Shown: positions 12,435 through 25,167, counted from the first letter of the stretch. The stretch: 64,000 nucleotides of DNA from Burkholderiaceae bacterium (GCA_040080605.1 JBEBIB010000002.1:123124-187123), one strand, 5' to 3'. The notes: generated by a model from the letters alone, not told the origin. Program-made: numbers and translations.

Positions 12435-13655
12435 ATGGACATGACCCCGCACTTCCCCGTCTACATGGACTACGGTGCCACCACGCCGGTGGACCAGCGC
12501 GTCGTCGACGCGATGATCCCCTGGCTGCGTGAGCACTTCGGCAACCCCGCGTCGCGCAGCCATGCGTGGGGTTGGGAAGCCGAGGCCATCGTCCAGAAGT
12601 CGCGTGAGAACGTGGCGGCGCTGATCGGTGCCGACCCGCGCGAAATCGTCTGGACTTCGGGTGCGACCGAGTCGATCAACCTCGCGATCAAAGGCGCAGC
12701 GCAGTTCTACAAGACGCGCGGCAAGCACCTGATCACGCTGAAGACCGAACACAAGGCCGTGCTCGACACGATGCGCGAGCTGGAGCGGCAAGGCTTCGAG
12801 GTGACCTACCTCGACGTGCAGGAAGACGGCCTCGTCGACCTGAACAAGCTGCAGGCCGCGATCCGCCCCGACACGATTCTGATTTCGGTGCTGTTCGTGA
12901 ACAACGAGATCGGCGTCATCCAGGACATCACCGCCATCGGGAAGATGTGCCGTGAGCGCAACATCATCTTCCACGTCGATGCGGCACAAGCCACCGGCAA
13001 GGTCGACATCGATCTGGCCACGCTGCCGGTCGACCTGATGAGCATGTCCTCGCACAAGACCTACGGCCCCAAGGGCATGGGTGCGCTGTATGTGCGCCGC
13101 AAACCGCGCGTGCGCATCGAAGCGCAGATGCACGGCGGTGGCCACGAGCGTGGCATGCGCTCGGGCACCTTGGCCACGCACCAGATCGTCGGCATGGGCG
13201 AGGCGTTTCGCATCGCCAAGCTGGAGATGCATGAAGAGCGTGACCGCATCCGCATGTTGTCGCAGCGCCTGATCAACGGCCTGAAAGACATCGAGCAGAC
13301 CTTCCTGAACGGGCACGCCGAACAGCGCGTGCCGCACAACGTGAACATGAGCTTCAACTTCGTCGAAGGCGAGTCGCTGATCATGGGCATCAAGGGTATC
13401 GCCGTGTCTTCGGGCTCGGCCTGCACCTCGGCGAGCCTGGAGCCGAGCTACGTGCTGCGCGCCCTCGGCCGCAGCGACGAACTCGCGCACTCGAGCCTGC
13501 GCATGACGATCGGCCGCTTCACGACCGTCGAAGAGATCGACTACGTGGTGACCACCTTGAAGGACCGCGTGGCGAGGCTGCGCGACCTGTCGCCGCTGTG
13601 GGACATGCACAAGGAAGGCATCGACATCAGCACCATCCAGTGGGCTGAACATTAA
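12435..13655 (+). CDS. iscS: Cysteine desulfurase
   Basis: [42 protein letters not shown]. Confidence 0.98.
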   Translation: MDMTPHFPVYMDYGATTPVDQRVVDAMIPWLREHFGNPASRSHAWGWEAEAIVQKSRENVAALIGADPREIVWTSGATESINLAIKGAAQFYKTRGKHLITLKTEHKAVLDTMRELERQGFEVTYLDVQEDGLVDLNKLQAAIRPDTILISVLFVNNEIGVIQDITAIGKMCRERNIIFHVDAAQATGKVDIDLATLPVDLMSMSSHKTYGPKGMGALYVRRKPRVRIEAQMHGGGHERGMRSGTLATHQIVGMGEAFRIAKLEMHEERDRIRMLSQRLINGLKDIEQTFLNGHAEQRVPHNVNMSFNFVEGESLIMGIKGIAVSSGSACTSASLEPSYVLRALGRSDELAHSSLRMTIGRFTTVEEIDYVVTTLKDRVARLRDLSPLWDMHKEGIDISTIQWAEH

Positions 13656-13678
13656 AAGAATCAAGGCAGGAGTACGAC

Positions 13679-14092
13679 ATGGCATACAGCGAAAAAGTGG
13701 TCGAGCATTACGAGAATCCGCGCAACGTGGGTTCCTTCGACAAGGGTGACGACACGGTCGGCACCGGCATGGTCGGCGCACCGGCCTGCGGCGACGTGAT
13801 GAAGCTGCAGATCAAGGTCAACCCGAAAACCGGGCTGATCGAAGACGCGAAGTTCAAGACCTATGGCTGCGGTTCGGCCATAGCGTCGAGCTCGCTCGTG
13901 ACCGAGTGGGTCAAGGGCAAGTCGCTCGACGAAGCGCTGACGATCAAGAACACGCACATCGCCGAAGAACTGGCGCTGCCGCCGGTGAAGATCCACTGCT
14001 CGATCCTCGCCGAAGACGCGATCAAGGCGGCAGTGAACGACTACAAGGCCAAGACCGGAGCGGCCAGCGCCGCTGCAGCACAGGCGCATTGA
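13679..14092 (+). CDS. iscU: Fe-S scaffold protein
   Basis: [41 protein letters not shown]. Confidence 0.98.
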   Translation: MAYSEKVVEHYENPRNVGSFDKGDDTVGTGMVGAPACGDVMKLQIKVNPKTGLIEDAKFKTYGCGSAIASSSLVTEWVKGKSLDEALTIKNTHIAEELALPPVKIHCSILAEDAIKAAVNDYKAKTGAASAAAAQAH

Positions 14093-14096
14093 ATTC

Positions 14097-14420
14097 ATGG
14101 CCGTTACCCTGACCGAAGCGGCAGCCCGCCATGTCTCGCGCTACATCGGCAAGCGTGGCAAGGGCGTGGGCGTGCGCCTGGGCGTGAAGACCACCGGCTG
14201 CTCGGGCCTGGCCTACAAGCTCGAATACGCCGACGAATTCGCGCCCGAAGACGTGATCTTCGAAGGCCACGGCGTGAAGATGCTGGTCGATCCGAAAAGC
14301 CTGCCCTACATCGACGGCACCGAGCTCGACTTCGTGCGCGAAGGCCTGAACGAGGGCTTCAAGTTCCACAACCCGCGCGAGAAAGACCGCTGCGGTTGCG
14401 GAGAGTCGTTCCGCGTTTGA
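14097..14420 (+). CDS. iscA: Fe-S cluster assembly protein
   Basis: GCSGLAY, CGCGESF. Confidence 0.97.
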   Translation: MAVTLTEAAARHVSRYIGKRGKGVGVRLGVKTTGCSGLAYKLEYADEFAPEDVIFEGHGVKMLVDPKSLPYIDGTELDFVREGLNEGFKFHNPREKDRCGCGESFRV

Positions 14421-14440
14421 CGACGCTTTGCCACTGATGC

Positions 14441-14467
14441 AAAAGCGCGGCCACGGTCGCGCTTTTT
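14441..14467 (+). terminator. Rho-independent terminator-like hairpin between iscA and hscB
   Basis: AAAAGCGCGGC-CACG-GTCGCGCTTTT followed by TTATT. Confidence 0.7.
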
Positions 14468-14474
14468 ATTGTTC

Positions 14475-14993
14475 ATGAAACTCGATAGCGCTGACTTCGA
14501 ACTGTTTGGTATTGAGCGCCGCTTTGCGCTCGATCCGAGCGCGCTCGACGCACGCTGGCGCGCACTGCAGACCGAAGTGCACCCCGACAAGTTCGCAGCG
14601 CAAGGTGCTGCGGCGCAGCGCGTGGCGATGCAATGGGCCGTGCGTGTGAACGAGGCGTATCAGCGCTTGAAGGACCCGTTGAAGCGCGCGGCCTATCTGT
14701 GCGAGCTGAACGGCGCGGCCATCGAAGCGGAGAACAACACGTCGATGCCCGCGAGCTTTCTGATGCAGCAGATGGAATGGCGCGAGGCGCTGGACGATGC
14801 GCGCACCATCGACGCTGTCGAGGCACTGCACGACGAACTGAGCCAGCATCGGCGAAACGCGCTGGTGCAACTCGAACAGACACTCGACACCGCACACGAC
14901 CACATCGCCGCTGCGCAACAAGTCAGAGCCCTCATGTTCAGCGAGCGCTTTGCGCAAGACATCGATCAGCGCCTCGAAGCGCTGGGACAATAG
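14475..14993 (+). CDS. hscB: Fe-S co-chaperone HscB
   Basis: J-domain [33 protein letters not shown]. Confidence 0.96.
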   Translation: MKLDSADFELFGIERRFALDPSALDARWRALQTEVHPDKFAAQGAAAQRVAMQWAVRVNEAYQRLKDPLKRAAYLCELNGAAIEAENNTSMPASFLMQQMEWREALDDARTIDAVEALHDELSQHRRNALVQLEQTLDTAHDHIAAAQQVRALMFSERFAQDIDQRLEALGQ

Positions 14994-14997
14994 GCCC

Positions 14998-16854
14998 ATG
15001 GCTCTTCTCCAGATTTCAGAACCCGGCGGCGCACCCGACCCGCACCAGCGCCGCATCGCGGTCGGCATCGACCTCGGCACCACGCATTCGCTCGTGGCCG
15101 CCGTGCGCAACGGCGTGGCCGAATGCCTGCCTGACGACGCCGGCCGCGTGATCCTGCCTTCCGCCGTGCGTTACCTGCCCGAAGGCAAACGCCAGATCGG
15201 CGTGGCCGCACTCGCCGAGGCCGCGACCGACCCGCGCAACACCATCGTTTCGGTCAAGCGTTTCATGGGCCGCGGCATCAAGGACATCGAAGGCCGCGAC
15301 AAGCTGCCCTACGAGTTCATCGACGCACCCGGCATGGTGCAGATCAACACCGTCGATGGCGTGAAGTCCCCGGTCGAAGTGTCGGCCGAGATCCTCGCGA
15401 CGCTGCGTTACCGCGCCGAAGACACTTTCGACGACGACGTGTTCGGTGCGGTCGTCACCGTGCCCGCGTACTTCGACGATGCGCAGCGGCAAGCCACCAA
15501 GGACGCGGCCAAGCTCGCCGGCTTGAACGTCTTGCGCCTGATCAGCGAACCCACGGCCGCCGCGATCGCCTACGGCCTCGAGAACGGGTCCGAAGGTTTG
15601 TACGCCGTCTACGACTTGGGCGGCGGCACCTTCGACATCTCGCTGCTGCGACTGGAAAAGGGCGTGTTCGAAGTGGTGGCGACCGGTGGTGACTCTGCGC
15701 TCGGTGGTGATGACTTCGACGCACTGCTCGCAGCCTGGGCGCTCGCCTCGTCGGGCATGAGCGCGAGCACACCACAAGACAAACGCGCCGTCCTCGTCGC
15801 CGCGCGTGCCGCGAAAGAGAAACTCTCGGCCGCCGATCACGCCACGCTGGCCTGCCCGCTGACCGGCGGTGAACTCTCGCAACGTGTCACGCGCGAGCAG
15901 TTCGCAGAAATGTCTCAGCCGTTGATCGCACGCACGCTCGCCAGCGTGCGCAAGGTGCTGCGCGACGCGAAGACCGACAAGGCCGACGTGAAGGGCATCG
16001 TGATGGTCGGCGGATCCACCCGCATGCCGATGGTGCAGGGGGCGGTCGGCGAATTTTTCGGCCAGGCGCCGTTGACGAACCTGAACCCCGATGAAGTCGT
16101 GGCGCTCGGCGCCGCGATCCAGGCCAACGCGCTTGCGGGCAACGCCGGTGCCGACGAACTGCTGTTGCTCGACGTGATCGCGCTGTCGCTTGGGCTGGAG
16201 ACGATGGGCGGGCTGGTCGAACGAATCATCCCGCGCAACAGCACGATCCCGACGGCGCGCGCACAAGACTTCACGACCTTCAAGGACGGCCAGACCGCCA
16301 TCGCGATCCACGTTGTTCAAGGTGAGCGTGAGGTCGTGAGCGACTGCCGCTCGCTCGCGCGCTTCGAACTGCGCGGCATTCCGCCGATGGTGGCTGGCGC
16401 AGCGCGTGTGCGTGTGAGCTTTCAGGTCGATGCCGACGGCTTGTTGAACGTCACCGCACGCGAAGAAACCTCGGGCGTAGAAGCTGCGATCACCGTCAGG
16501 CCGAGCTACGGCCTGAGCGACGACGAGATAGCGCGCATGCTGACCGAAAGCTTCAGCACCGCCGAACAAGACATGGTCGAACGCAGTCTGCGCGAGTCGC
16601 GCGTCGAAGCCGAGCGCATGTTGCTCGCCACCCGCGCCGCACTGGCCGCCGATGGCGACTTGCTGTCGCAAACCGAACAAGCGCAGGTGGCCGAACTGCT
16701 GGTGTCATTGCAGGCAAGCTGCGAAAGCAGCGACCACCACCAGATCGACGCGGCCGTCGAAGCGCTCGCCAAAGGCACCGAAGCCTTCGCGGCCGAGCGC
16801 ATGAACCGCAGCATTCGCCTGGCACTCGCGGGCCGCCGCGTCGAAGACGTCTGA
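14998..16854 (+). CDS. hscA: Fe-S chaperone HscA (Hsp70 family)
   Basis: [33 protein letters not shown]; position in isc operon. Confidence 0.97.
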   Translation: MALLQISEPGGAPDPHQRRIAVGIDLGTTHSLVAAVRNGVAECLPDDAGRVILPSAVRYLPEGKRQIGVAALAEAATDPRNTIVSVKRFMGRGIKDIEGRDKLPYEFIDAPGMVQINTVDGVKSPVEVSAEILATLRYRAEDTFDDDVFGAVVTVPAYFDDAQRQATKDAAKLAGLNVLRLISEPTAAAIAYGLENGSEGLYAVYDLGGGTFDISLLRLEKGVFEVVATGGDSALGGDDFDALLAAWALASSGMSASTPQDKRAVLVAARAAKEKLSAADHATLACPLTGGELSQRVTREQFAEMSQPLIARTLASVRKVLRDAKTDKADVKGIVMVGGSTRMPMVQGAVGEFFGQAPLTNLNPDEVVALGAAIQANALAGNAGADELLLLDVIALSLGLETMGGLVERIIPRNSTIPTARAQDFTTFKDGQTAIAIHVVQGEREVVSDCRSLARFELRGIPPMVAGAARVRVSFQVDADGLLNVTAREETSGVEAAITVRPSYGLSDDEIARMLTESFSTAEQDMVERSLRESRVEAERMLLATRAALAADGDLLSQTEQAQVAELLVSLQASCESSDHHQIDAAVEALAKGTEAFAAERMNRSIRLALAGRRVEDV

Positions 16855-16870
16855 ACCCGAGCCTGATCCC

Positions 16871-17209
16871 ATGCCCATCATCAAGATCCTTCCGCACGCC
16901 GAGTACTGCCCCGCCGGCGCGCAGATCAGCGCGCCGGCCGGCACCTCGATCTGCGAAGCGCTGCTCGACCACCAGATCAACATCGAGCACGCCTGCGAGC
17001 TGAGCTGTGCCTGCACCACCTGCCACGTGATCGTGCGCGAGGGCTTCGGTTCGCTCGGTGAACCTGACGAGAGCGAAGAAGACCTGCTAGACCGCGCCTG
17101 GGGCCTGGAGCCGCAGTCGCGCCTGTCGTGCCAGGCGATCCTGGCGCAGCAGGACGTGACGATCGAGATACCGAAGTACACGATCAACCACGCCAAGGAA
17201 AATCACTGA
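16871..17209 (+). CDS. fdx: ISC [2Fe-2S] ferredoxin
   Basis: EHACELSCACTTCH, SRLSCQ. Confidence 0.96.
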   Translation: MPIIKILPHAEYCPAGAQISAPAGTSICEALLDHQINIEHACELSCACTTCHVIVREGFGSLGEPDESEEDLLDRAWGLEPQSRLSCQAILAQQDVTIEIPKYTINHAKENH

Positions 17210-17922
17210 GCGCTTGAGTTCGGTTGCGCGATGAAGCGGTAGCCCACGCCGGTTTCAGTCAGGAAGTGCACCGGCCGCGCCGGGTCGGCTTCGAGCTTGC
17301 GGCGCAGGTGGCCGAGGTAGATGCGCAGGTAGTGGTTGTGTTCCACGCTCGCCGGGCCCCAGACCTCGCGCAGCAGTTGCCGGTGGGTCAGCACCTGGCT
17401 TTCGCGGCTGATCAAGGCCGCCGCGAGCTTGTATTCGACCGGCGTCAGGTGCACGTGTTCACCAGCGCGGCGCACCTGGCGGCGCGCGAGATCGATCTCG
17501 CAGTCGCCGAACTGGATCACGCTCACAGCTTGTGTGTTGGTGCGGTCGCGGCGGCGCAAGGCAGCGCGCACACGCGCCAGCAATTCACCGACTGAAAACG
17601 GCTTGACGAGGTAGTCGTCGGCACCGGCGTCGAGTGCTTCGATCTTGTCGGCTTCGGCACTGCGCGCCGACAGCACGATCACCGGCAGGCTGCTCCAGCC
17701 GCGCAGGTCGCGCAGCAGGTCCACCCCATCACCGTCGGGCAAGCCGAGGTCGAGGATCAGCAGGTCGGGCCGCCTTGTGCCGGCTTCGATCAACCCGCGC
17801 TTGAGCGTGTCGGTGTCGAAGACCAGGTGGCCTTCTTCTTCGAGCGCCTGGCGCACGAAACGAAGGATCAGCGGGTCGTCCTCGACGACGAGGATGCGGG
17901 CCGGGTTGTCCATCGCCGTCAT
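17203..17922 (-). CDS. kdpE: KDP response regulator
   Basis: VVEDD, ILDLGLPDGDG, KPF, OmpR wHTH (TETGVGYRF); coupled to kdpD. Confidence 0.96.
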   Translation of the reverse strand: MTAMDNPARILVVEDDPLILRFVRQALEEEGHLVFDTDTLKRGLIEAGTRRPDLLILDLGLPDGDGVDLLRDLRGWSSLPVIVLSARSAEADKIEALDAGADDYLVKPFSVGELLARVRAALRRRDRTNTQAVSVIQFGDCEIDLARRQVRRAGEHVHLTPVEYKLAAALISRESQVLTHRQLLREVWGPASVEHNHYLRIYLGHLRRKLEADPARPVHFLTETGVGYRFIAQPNSSAQ

Positions 17923-20651
17923 TGTGAAGGCGACGGCAGCGCCTCGATGCCCTCAGGCACTTCGGGCGCCTGTTTGAACGGCAAGGTCCAGCGCAATACC
18001 GCGCCGTGCTTCGGTGGCATGCGGTTGCTGGCGCTGATGGTGCCGCCGTGCGCTTGCACGATGGCGCGGCAGATCGCTAGACCCAGGCCGACACCCGGCG
18101 TGCGCGATTCCTTGTTGCCACGCGCGAACTTCTCGAACAGCAGTTCGGTGTCGCCGGGCGGAAAGCCCGGGCCTTCGTCGCTGACCTCGACGACCATCTG
18201 CGCGCCTTCTTGGCGGGCAGTCAGCGTGATCGGCGTGCCGGCCGGCGTGTACTTTGCGGCGTTCTCGAACAGGTTGGCGAGCAGCCGTTCGAGCAGCACG
18301 CCATCGCCGAACAGCAGCGGCAGGTCGTTTGGCAGATTCACATGGATCGGATGTGCGACCAACGCCGATTCGATCGAGCGGATCGCGCTGCCCGCCAACT
18401 CTTCGAGCGACTGCCAGTCGTGCCGCAAGGCCACCGCACCGGCCTGCAGCCGCGCCATGTCGAGCAGGTTGTTGACGAGCTGCGCGGTGCGCAAGCCTTG
18501 CTCGGCAATGCTGCGCGCGTCGCCCGCACGCGCCGAGCCTTCGCGCGCGAGCGCGAGTGAAAGCGTTTCCGACGCGCCGACCAGCGCCGTCAGCGGCGTG
18601 CGCAAGTCGTGCGACAGCGCGGCGAGCAGCGAGTTGCGCAAACGCTCCGACTCCATCGAGACCAGCGTCTCCTGCGCCACCGTCACGAAGTGCACCCGCT
18701 CGATCGCGATGGCGACGAGCGCAGCGAAGGTGTCGAGCAACTGGCGCTGCTCGGGGAGCATCAGCAGGCGCGGGTTGGCCGCCTCGACCGCCAGAATCCC
18801 GCGGGTGCGCATCGGCGCGTTGAGCGGCACGTAGAGCAGGGCGTTTCCCGGCAGCGTGGCGGTGCCGCTGCCGGCCGCCTCGGCGTGGTCGAAGGCCCAC
18901 TGCGCCAGACCGAAGTCGACCGCCGGTGTTTCACCCACGCCGTCGGACGCGAGCACGAGCCTGTCGTTCGCATCGGGCAGCAGCACACAGGCCTTCGCCC
19001 GGAACGCCGATTCGATCGCGCGGTCACCGATCTCGGCCACCTGCTCGAGCACCAGCGCCTTGCCGAGTTCACGCGCCATCTCGAACAGGCTGCGCGCGCG
19101 TTCTTCGCGGTAGCGCGCCACGCGGGCCTGGTAACGCAACGACGCGGTGAGCTGGCCGACGACCAGGCCGACGACCATCATCACCGCGAAGGTCAGCAGG
19201 TACTGCACGTCGTGCACCGCGAACGAGAAGCGCGGCTGCACGAAGAAGAAGTCGAACGCCACCACATTCAACACGGCCGAGGCCAGAGCCGGGCGGCGGC
19301 CGAACTTCACCGCCACCAGCACGACCGCCAGCAGGAACAGCATCACGATGTTGGCCGTGTCGAAATACTGCAGCAAGGGTGTGGCGAGTGCGGTGACCGC
19401 CGCGCACGAGCCCAGCGCCCAGGCGTAGCCGGGCCACGCACTCGGGCGCGTGACCGGATCGTTCTGCGGCGTGGAGCGCGCCGCAGGTTCGCGGCCCTCG
19501 TCGGCAGGCGTGAGCAGCATCAGCTCGATCTCCGGCGCGAGTGCGGCCACCTGTTCGCCGAAGCTGCGGCGCAGCAGGCGGCGCCAGCGGGACGACGACA
19601 CGGTCCGGGTCGCCACGATGGTGCCGAGCTGATGCTCGCGGGCGTAGGCCACCGCGGCGAGCGCGGCGTTTTGCCCGCTCAGCGTGGCGGTGGTGGCACC
19701 GAGCGATTCGGCAAGCTTGAGCGTGCGCAGGATGCCGCGGCGGCGCGCTTCCGGCAGGCTTTGCAGCGCATGGGTCTCGACATACACCGCATGCCATGGC
19801 GCGTCGCTGCGCGCAGCGCGCCGGCTGGCCGTGCGGACCATCTTGTCGGCGCCGGCCTGCGGACCCACGCACACCAGCAAGGCATCGGTGTCGTCGCCCG
19901 GCGGGCGCCTGTCGTTGCCGCCCTGCTCGCGCCGGTAGCTGCGCACTTCGTCGTCCACGCGGTCGGCGGTGCGGCGCAGCGCGAGCTCGCGCAAGGCCAT
20001 CAGGTTGCCCTTGCGGAAGAAGTTCTGCACCGCGCGCTCGGCCTGTTCGGGCAGGTAGACCTTGCCTTCCTTCAGGCGCCGCAGCAGGTCGTCGGTCGGC
20101 AGGTCGACGAGCACGACTTCTTCGGCTTCGTCGAACACGTGGTCGGGCACCGTCTCCCACACGCGGATGCCGGTGATGCCGCCCACCACGTCGTTCAGGC
20201 TCTCGATGTGCTGCACGTTGACGGTGCTGATCACGTCGATGCCGGCGGCGAGCAATTCGTCGATGTCTTGCCAGCGTTTGGGGTGGCGCGAGCCGGCGGC
20301 GTTGCTGTGGGCGAGCTCGTCGACCAGCAGCACGGCGGGGTGGCGGGCGAGCGCGGCGTCGAGGTCGAACTCGGTGAGTTCGCGGCCCTTGACGGAAACC
20401 TTGCGCAAGGGCAGCTGTTCCAGCCCGAGCAACTGCTCCGCCGTCTCGCTGCGGCCGTGCGTCTCGACGATGCCGACGACCACGTCGACATGCTGCTCGC
20501 GCAGTCGCTGCGCGGCCTTGAGCATCGCGAAGGTCTTGCCCACGCCAGCCGACGCACCGAAGAAGATCTTCAGCTTGCCACGCGCCGCGCGCTGCTCGGC
20601 CGCCTGGGTGCGCGCGAGCAGCTCGTCGGGGTCGGGGCGCTCGTCGGTCAT
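17919..20651 (-). CDS. kdpD: KDP sensor histidine kinase
   Basis: GKLKIFFGASAGVGKT, DELAHSN, Usp domain, 4 TM, GAF, SHDLRTPL, GLGLAIC. Confidence 0.97.
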   Translation of the reverse strand: MTDERPDPDELLARTQAAEQRAARGKLKIFFGASAGVGKTFAMLKAAQRLREQHVDVVVGIVETHGRSETAEQLLGLEQLPLRKVSVKGRELTEFDLDAALARHPAVLLVDELAHSNAAGSRHPKRWQDIDELLAAGIDVISTVNVQHIESLNDVVGGITGIRVWETVPDHVFDEAEEVVLVDLPTDDLLRRLKEGKVYLPEQAERAVQNFFRKGNLMALRELALRRTADRVDDEVRSYRREQGGNDRRPPGDDTDALLVCVGPQAGADKMVRTASRRAARSDAPWHAVYVETHALQSLPEARRRGILRTLKLAESLGATTATLSGQNAALAAVAYAREHQLGTIVATRTVSSSRWRRLLRRSFGEQVAALAPEIELMLLTPADEGREPAARSTPQNDPVTRPSAWPGYAWALGSCAAVTALATPLLQYFDTANIVMLFLLAVVLVAVKFGRRPALASAVLNVVAFDFFFVQPRFSFAVHDVQYLLTFAVMMVVGLVVGQLTASLRYQARVARYREERARSLFEMARELGKALVLEQVAEIGDRAIESAFRAKACVLLPDANDRLVLASDGVGETPAVDFGLAQWAFDHAEAAGSGTATLPGNALLYVPLNAPMRTRGILAVEAANPRLLMLPEQRQLLDTFAALVAIAIERVHFVTVAQETLVSMESERLRNSLLAALSHDLRTPLTALVGASETLSLALAREGSARAGDARSIAEQGLRTAQLVNNLLDMARLQAGAVALRHDWQSLEELAGSAIRSIESALVAHPIHVNLPNDLPLLFGDGVLLERLLANLFENAAKYTPAGTPITLTARQEGAQMVVEVSDEGPGFPPGDTELLFEKFARGNKESRTPGVGLGLAICRAIVQAHGGTISASNRMPPKHGAVLRWTLPFKQAPEVPEGIEALPSPSQ

Positions 20652-20660
20652 GGGCTCAGT

Positions 20661-21257
20661 CTATCGGCTGGCGTCGACCGTTTTGCCATCGAGCGCGAGG
20701 TTGAGCAACAGCACGTTGACGCGCGGTTCGCCGATGACGCCGAGCCACGGGCGTTGTGCCTGCTTCTCGATCAGCGCGCGAACCGTTGTTTCATCGACGC
20801 TGCGCGCGCGGGCCACCCGCTGCGCCTGGTACAGCGCAGCCGCCAGGCTGATCTCCGGGTCGAGGCCGCTGCCCGAGGTGGTGACCAGATCGACCGGCAC
20901 CGGCAGCGTGTTGCCGGGATCAGCGCGGCGCAACGTGGCGACGCGGTCGCGCGCGGCATCGATCAGCGCCGGGTTGTTGGCGCCGAGGTTCGAACCACTC
21001 GAAGCGACGCCGTTGTTCGGCATCGGCGAGGTGGCCGACGGCCGGCCCCCAAAGTACTTCGGCGCGCTGAACGACTGACCGATCAGCGCCGAGCCGACGG
21101 CCTTGCCGTCGACGCTCAACACGGAACCGTTGGCCGCGTGCGGGAATGCGGCCTGCGCGATGCCGGTCACGGCCAGCGGGTACGCCACGCCGGTCAACGC
21201 GGTCAGCAAGGCAAAGACCGAAAGAGCAGGGCGTAAGGTTTGCATCACGGGGTTCAT
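20661..21257 (-). CDS. kdpC: K+-transporting ATPase subunit C
   Basis: YPLAVTGIAQ, GSALIGQSF, SSGSNLG, SGSGLDP, VNVLLLNLALD. Confidence 0.95.
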   Translation of the reverse strand: MNPVMQTLRPALSVFALLTALTGVAYPLAVTGIAQAAFPHAANGSVLSVDGKAVGSALIGQSFSAPKYFGGRPSATSPMPNNGVASSGSNLGANNPALIDAARDRVATLRRADPGNTLPVPVDLVTTSGSGLDPEISLAAALYQAQRVARARSVDETTVRALIEKQAQRPWLGVIGEPRVNVLLLNLALDGKTVDASR

Positions 21258-21268
21258 GGTCAATATCC

Positions 21269-23371
21269 TCAGGTCAGGTGCAACACGACGAGCAGCAGGT
21301 CGATGATCTTGATGCCGATGAAGGGCACGATCAGCCCGCCCAGCCCGTAGATCAGCGCGTTGCGGCGCAGCAGCGCGGCAGCACCGAGTGCGCGGTAGGC
21401 CACACCGCGCAGGGCGAGCGGGATCAGCACCACGATCACCAGCGCGTTGAAGATCACCGCTGCGAGGATCGCCGACGAAGGCGACGCCAGGCCCATCACG
21501 TTCAGCGCATTCAACTGCGGGTAGGTCGTGGCGAACGCGGCCGGGATGATCGCGAAGTACTTGGCCACGTCGTTGGCGATCGAGAACGTGGTCAGCGAGC
21601 CGCGTGTCATCAGCATCTGCTTGCCGATCTCGACCACTTCGATCAGCTTGGTCGGATTGCTGTCGAGGTCGACCATGTTGCCGGCCTCCTTGGCCGCCTG
21701 CGTGCCGCTGTTCATCGCGACCGCCACGTCGGCCTGGGCCAGCGCCGGCGCGTCGTTGGTGCCGTCGCCGGTCATCGCCACCATGTAACCCTCGGCCTGG
21801 TACTTGCGGATCAATGCGAGCTTGGCTTCGGGTGTGGCTTCGGCGAGCACGTCGTCGACACCGGCTTCGGCGCCGATGGCGGCGGCCGTGAGCTTGTTGT
21901 CACCGGTGATCATCACGGTCTTGATGCCCATGCGGCGCAGTTCGCCGAAGCGCTCCTTGATGCCGCCCTTGACGATGTCTTTCAGCTCGACCACGCCGAA
22001 CACGGTGGCACTGGCGCCGTTGATCTCTGCGACCACCAGCGGCGTGCTGCCGCGGCGTGCGGTGTCTTCGACGGCGCGTGTCACTTCGGCGGGGAAGTTC
22101 GTGCCGTGCGCCACCAGCCAGCGCTGGATCGCATCGGCCGCGCCCTTGCGGATCTGCCGACCCTGCCAGTTCACGCCGCTCATGCGGGTCTGCGCGGTGA
22201 ACGGCACGAAGCTCGCGTCGTTGCCCGCCATCTCGCGCTCGCGGATGTTGAACCTGTTCTTGGCGAGCACGACGATGCTGCGGCCTTCGGGGGTTTCGTC
22301 GGCCAGCGACGCGAGCTGGGCCGCGTCGGCGAGCGCACGGTCCAGCACACCGGGCGCGGGGATGAAACTCGACGCCTGGCGGTTGCCGAGCGTGATGGTG
22401 CCGGTCTTGTCGAGCAGCAGCACGTCCACGTCACCCGCCGCTTCGACCGCGCGGCCCGAGGTGGCGATCACGTTCGCGCCCAGCATGCGGCTCATGCCGG
22501 CGACACCAATGGCCGAGAGCAAGCCGCCGATGGTGGTCGGGATCAGGCACACGAGCAAGGCCACCAGCACGGTGATGCTGACGGGCGCGCCGGCCTTGGC
22601 GGTGTCGACCGAATACAGCGAATACGGCAGCAGCGTGACCGTGGCCATCAGGAACACCAGCGTCAGCGCGACCAGCAAGATCGTCAGTGCCACTTCGTTT
22701 GGCGTCTTGCGGCGCTTCGCTCCTTCGACCATCGCGATCATGCGGTCAAGAAAGGTCTCACCGGGGTTGACGGTGCAGCGCACGACGATCCAGTCCGACA
22801 GCACGCGCGTGCCGCCGGTGACCGACGAGAAGTCGCCACCGGCCTCGCGGATCACGGGCGCCGATTCGCCGGTGATGGCGCTCTCGTCGACCGAGGCCAC
22901 GCCTTCGATGACCTCGCCATCGCACGGCATCATGTCGCCGGCTTCGACCAGCAGCACCGCGCCGATGCGCAGCTCGTCGGTCTCGACCGGGATCCACGAC
23001 GCGCCGTGTTTCGGTTCCTGCAGCTTCTTCGCGATGCCGCGTTTCTTCAGGCCACGCAAGCTCGCCGCCTGCGCCTTGCTACGGCCTTCGGCCAGTGCTT
23101 CGGCGAAGTTGGCAAACAGCACGGTGAACCACAACCACAGTGCGTTCGCGCCGATGAACCAGGCAGGAGCCTCGCCGGTTCCGAACAGGGCCTGCAGCCA
23201 CAGCCCGGTGATCAGCACCGCGCCGATCCAGACCACGAACATGACCGGGTTGCGCCATTGCAGGCGCGGGTTCAGTTTGACGAAGGAATCACGCACGGCC
23301 GGCTTCACGAGCTCGGCCGAGAACAAGCCGGCGTGGCGGGGTTTGTTCATTGACGCAGTAGCGCTTGTCAT
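21269..23371 (-). CDS. kdpB: K+-transporting ATPase subunit B (P-type ATPase)
   Basis: [17 protein letters not shown] phosphorylation site, GDGTND. Confidence 0.97.
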   Translation of the reverse strand: MTSATASMNKPRHAGLFSAELVKPAVRDSFVKLNPRLQWRNPVMFVVWIGAVLITGLWLQALFGTGEAPAWFIGANALWLWFTVLFANFAEALAEGRSKAQAASLRGLKKRGIAKKLQEPKHGASWIPVETDELRIGAVLLVEAGDMMPCDGEVIEGVASVDESAITGESAPVIREAGGDFSSVTGGTRVLSDWIVVRCTVNPGETFLDRMIAMVEGAKRRKTPNEVALTILLVALTLVFLMATVTLLPYSLYSVDTAKAGAPVSITVLVALLVCLIPTTIGGLLSAIGVAGMSRMLGANVIATSGRAVEAAGDVDVLLLDKTGTITLGNRQASSFIPAPGVLDRALADAAQLASLADETPEGRSIVVLAKNRFNIREREMAGNDASFVPFTAQTRMSGVNWQGRQIRKGAADAIQRWLVAHGTNFPAEVTRAVEDTARRGSTPLVVAEINGASATVFGVVELKDIVKGGIKERFGELRRMGIKTVMITGDNKLTAAAIGAEAGVDDVLAEATPEAKLALIRKYQAEGYMVAMTGDGTNDAPALAQADVAVAMNSGTQAAKEAGNMVDLDSNPTKLIEVVEIGKQMLMTRGSLTTFSIANDVAKYFAIIPAAFATTYPQLNALNVMGLASPSSAILAAVIFNALVIVVLIPLALRGVAYRALGAAALLRRNALIYGLGGLIVPFIGIKIIDLLLVVLHLT

Positions 23372-23379
23372 GGTGGCTT

Positions 23380-25167
23380 TCAATGAGCGTAGAGGTTCAG
23401 GTGTTCGACGACCGGGCCGAGCGCAATCGCCGGCACATAGGTCAGCGCACCCACCAGCAACACGGTCGCGACAAGCAGCACGACGAACAGCGGGCCGTGC
23501 GTGGCCATCGCGGTGACGTTGCCGTCTTCGCCGATGCGTTGCACGCGTTTTTTCGAAGCGAGCGATCCGGCGATGGCGAGCACGGCCACGATCACGGCGA
23601 AACGGCCGAACCACATCGCCATGCCCAGCATCCCGTTGTAGAAGGGTGTGTTCGCCGACAGGCCGGCGAAGGCGCTGCCGTTGTTGTTGGCTGCGGACGA
23701 GAAGGCGTAGAGCACTTCGGAGAAGCCCTGCGCGCCGGGATTCAGCATGCTGCTGCGACCCACATCGAGCGACACCGCTACCGCCGTACCGGCGAGCACC
23801 AGCAGCGGTGTGACGAGGATCGCGATCGACACGAGCTTCATGTCGGTCGGCGTGATCTTCTTGCCCAGGTACTCGGGTGTGCGGCCGATCATCAGACCGG
23901 CGATGAAGACCGTGAGCACGGCGAACACCAGCATGCCGTACAGGCCCGAGCCGACACCGCCGAACACCACCTCGCCGAGCTGGATCAAGAGCATCGGCAC
24001 GGCGCCGCCGAGCGGCGTGAACGAGCCGTGCATCGCGTTGACCGCGCCGCACGACGCCGCCGTGGTGATGGCCGCGAACAAGGCGCTCGCGGCGATGCCG
24101 AAGCGTGTTTCCTTGCCTTCCATGTTGCCGCCCGATTGCAGCGCGCTTCCGATCTGGTCGACACCGAGTGCGGCGATCTTCGGGTTGCCGGCCTGCTCGG
24201 CGAGCATGATCGCAACGACGGCGGCTGTGAAGATGACCGTCATCGCGATCAGCAACGCCCAGCCCTGGCGCTTGTCGCCGACCATCTGGCCGAAGGCCAG
24301 ACACAGGCCGGCCGGGATCAGGAAGATCGCCAGCATCTGCAGCAGGTTGGTCCACGCGTTCGGGTTCTCGAACGGGTGCGCCGAGTTCGCGTTCAGGAAG
24401 CCGCCGCCGTTGGTGCCGATCATCTTGATCGCTTCTTGCGAGGCGATCGGGCCCATCGGCAGGGTCTGTGTGCTGGTGGTCTTGGCGACTTGCGTGGGCT
24501 TGCCGTCGGCGCCATTCGGGCCGACTTCGGTGTAGGCGACCTGTTCGGTCAGCGCGACATCGGTATAAGGCTTGAAGTTCTGCACCACGCCCTGCGCGGC
24601 GAGCACCAGCGCGAACACGAAGCTCAGCGGCAGCAGAACGTACATGGTGATGCGCGTCACGTCGACCCAGAAGTTGCCGAGCGTGTCGACCGCGTGGCGT
24701 GCGAAGCCGCGGATCAAGGCGAACGCCACCGCCATGCCGGTCGCGGCCGAGAGGAAGTTCTGCACCGCGAGCGCGAGCATCTGGGTCAGATAGCTCATCG
24801 TCGCTTCACCCGAATAACCTTGCCAGTTGGTGTTGGTGACGAAGCTGATCGCGGTGTTGAACGAAGAGTCGGACGACACGCCGCCGAAGCCTTGCGGATT
24901 CAGCGGCAGCACACCTTGCAGCCGCTGCAGCGCGTAGACGACGATCACGCCGACGATGTTGAAAGCGAGCAGCGCCAGCGCGTAGTCTCGCCAGCCTTGT
25001 TCACGCTCGGGCGAGGCGCCGCAGGCACGCAGCACGGCCGTGTCGAAACGCTGAAGGCGCGTCAATCGGCCTTGCGCCACCGCCGCCAGCCAGCGGCCCA
25101 TCGGCAGCGCGAGCAGCAGCACGGCGAGCACGTAGCCGCCGAGCAGGAGAATCATTTGGGTCGTCAT
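23380..25167 (-). CDS. kdpA: K+-transporting ATPase subunit A
   Basis: [41 protein letters not shown]. Confidence 0.97.
   Translation of the reverse strand: MTTQMILLLGGYVLAVLLLALPMGRWLAAVAQGRLTRLQRFDTAVLRACGASPEREQGWRDYALALLAFNIVGVIVVYALQRLQGVLPLNPQGFGGVSSDSSFNTAISFVTNTNWQGYSGEATMSYLTQMLALAVQNFLSAATGMAVAFALIRGFARHAVDTLGNFWVDVTRITMYVLLPLSFVFALVLAAQGVVQNFKPYTDVALTEQVAYTEVGPNGADGKPTQVAKTTSTQTLPMGPIASQEAIKMIGTNGGGFLNANSAHPFENPNAWTNLLQMLAIFLIPAGLCLAFGQMVGDKRQGWALLIAMTVIFTAAVVAIMLAEQAGNPKIAALGVDQIGSALQSGGNMEGKETRFGIAASALFAAITTAASCGAVNAMHGSFTPLGGAVPMLLIQLGEVVFGGVGSGLYGMLVFAVLTVFIAGLMIGRTPEYLGKKITPTDMKLVSIAILVTPLLVLAGTAVAVSLDVGRSSMLNPGAQGFSEVLYAFSSAANNNGSAFAGLSANTPFYNGMLGMAMWFGRFAVIVAVLAIAGSLASKKRVQRIGEDGNVTAMATHGPLFVVLLVATVLLVGALTYVPAIALGPVVEHLNLYAH

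Noticed and set aside
21269-24355. 1028-aa ORF suggesting a KdpA-KdpB fusion
   Set aside because: The upstream part is an off-frame read of kdpA; kdpA has its own frame and stop (23380) and kdpB starts at 23371
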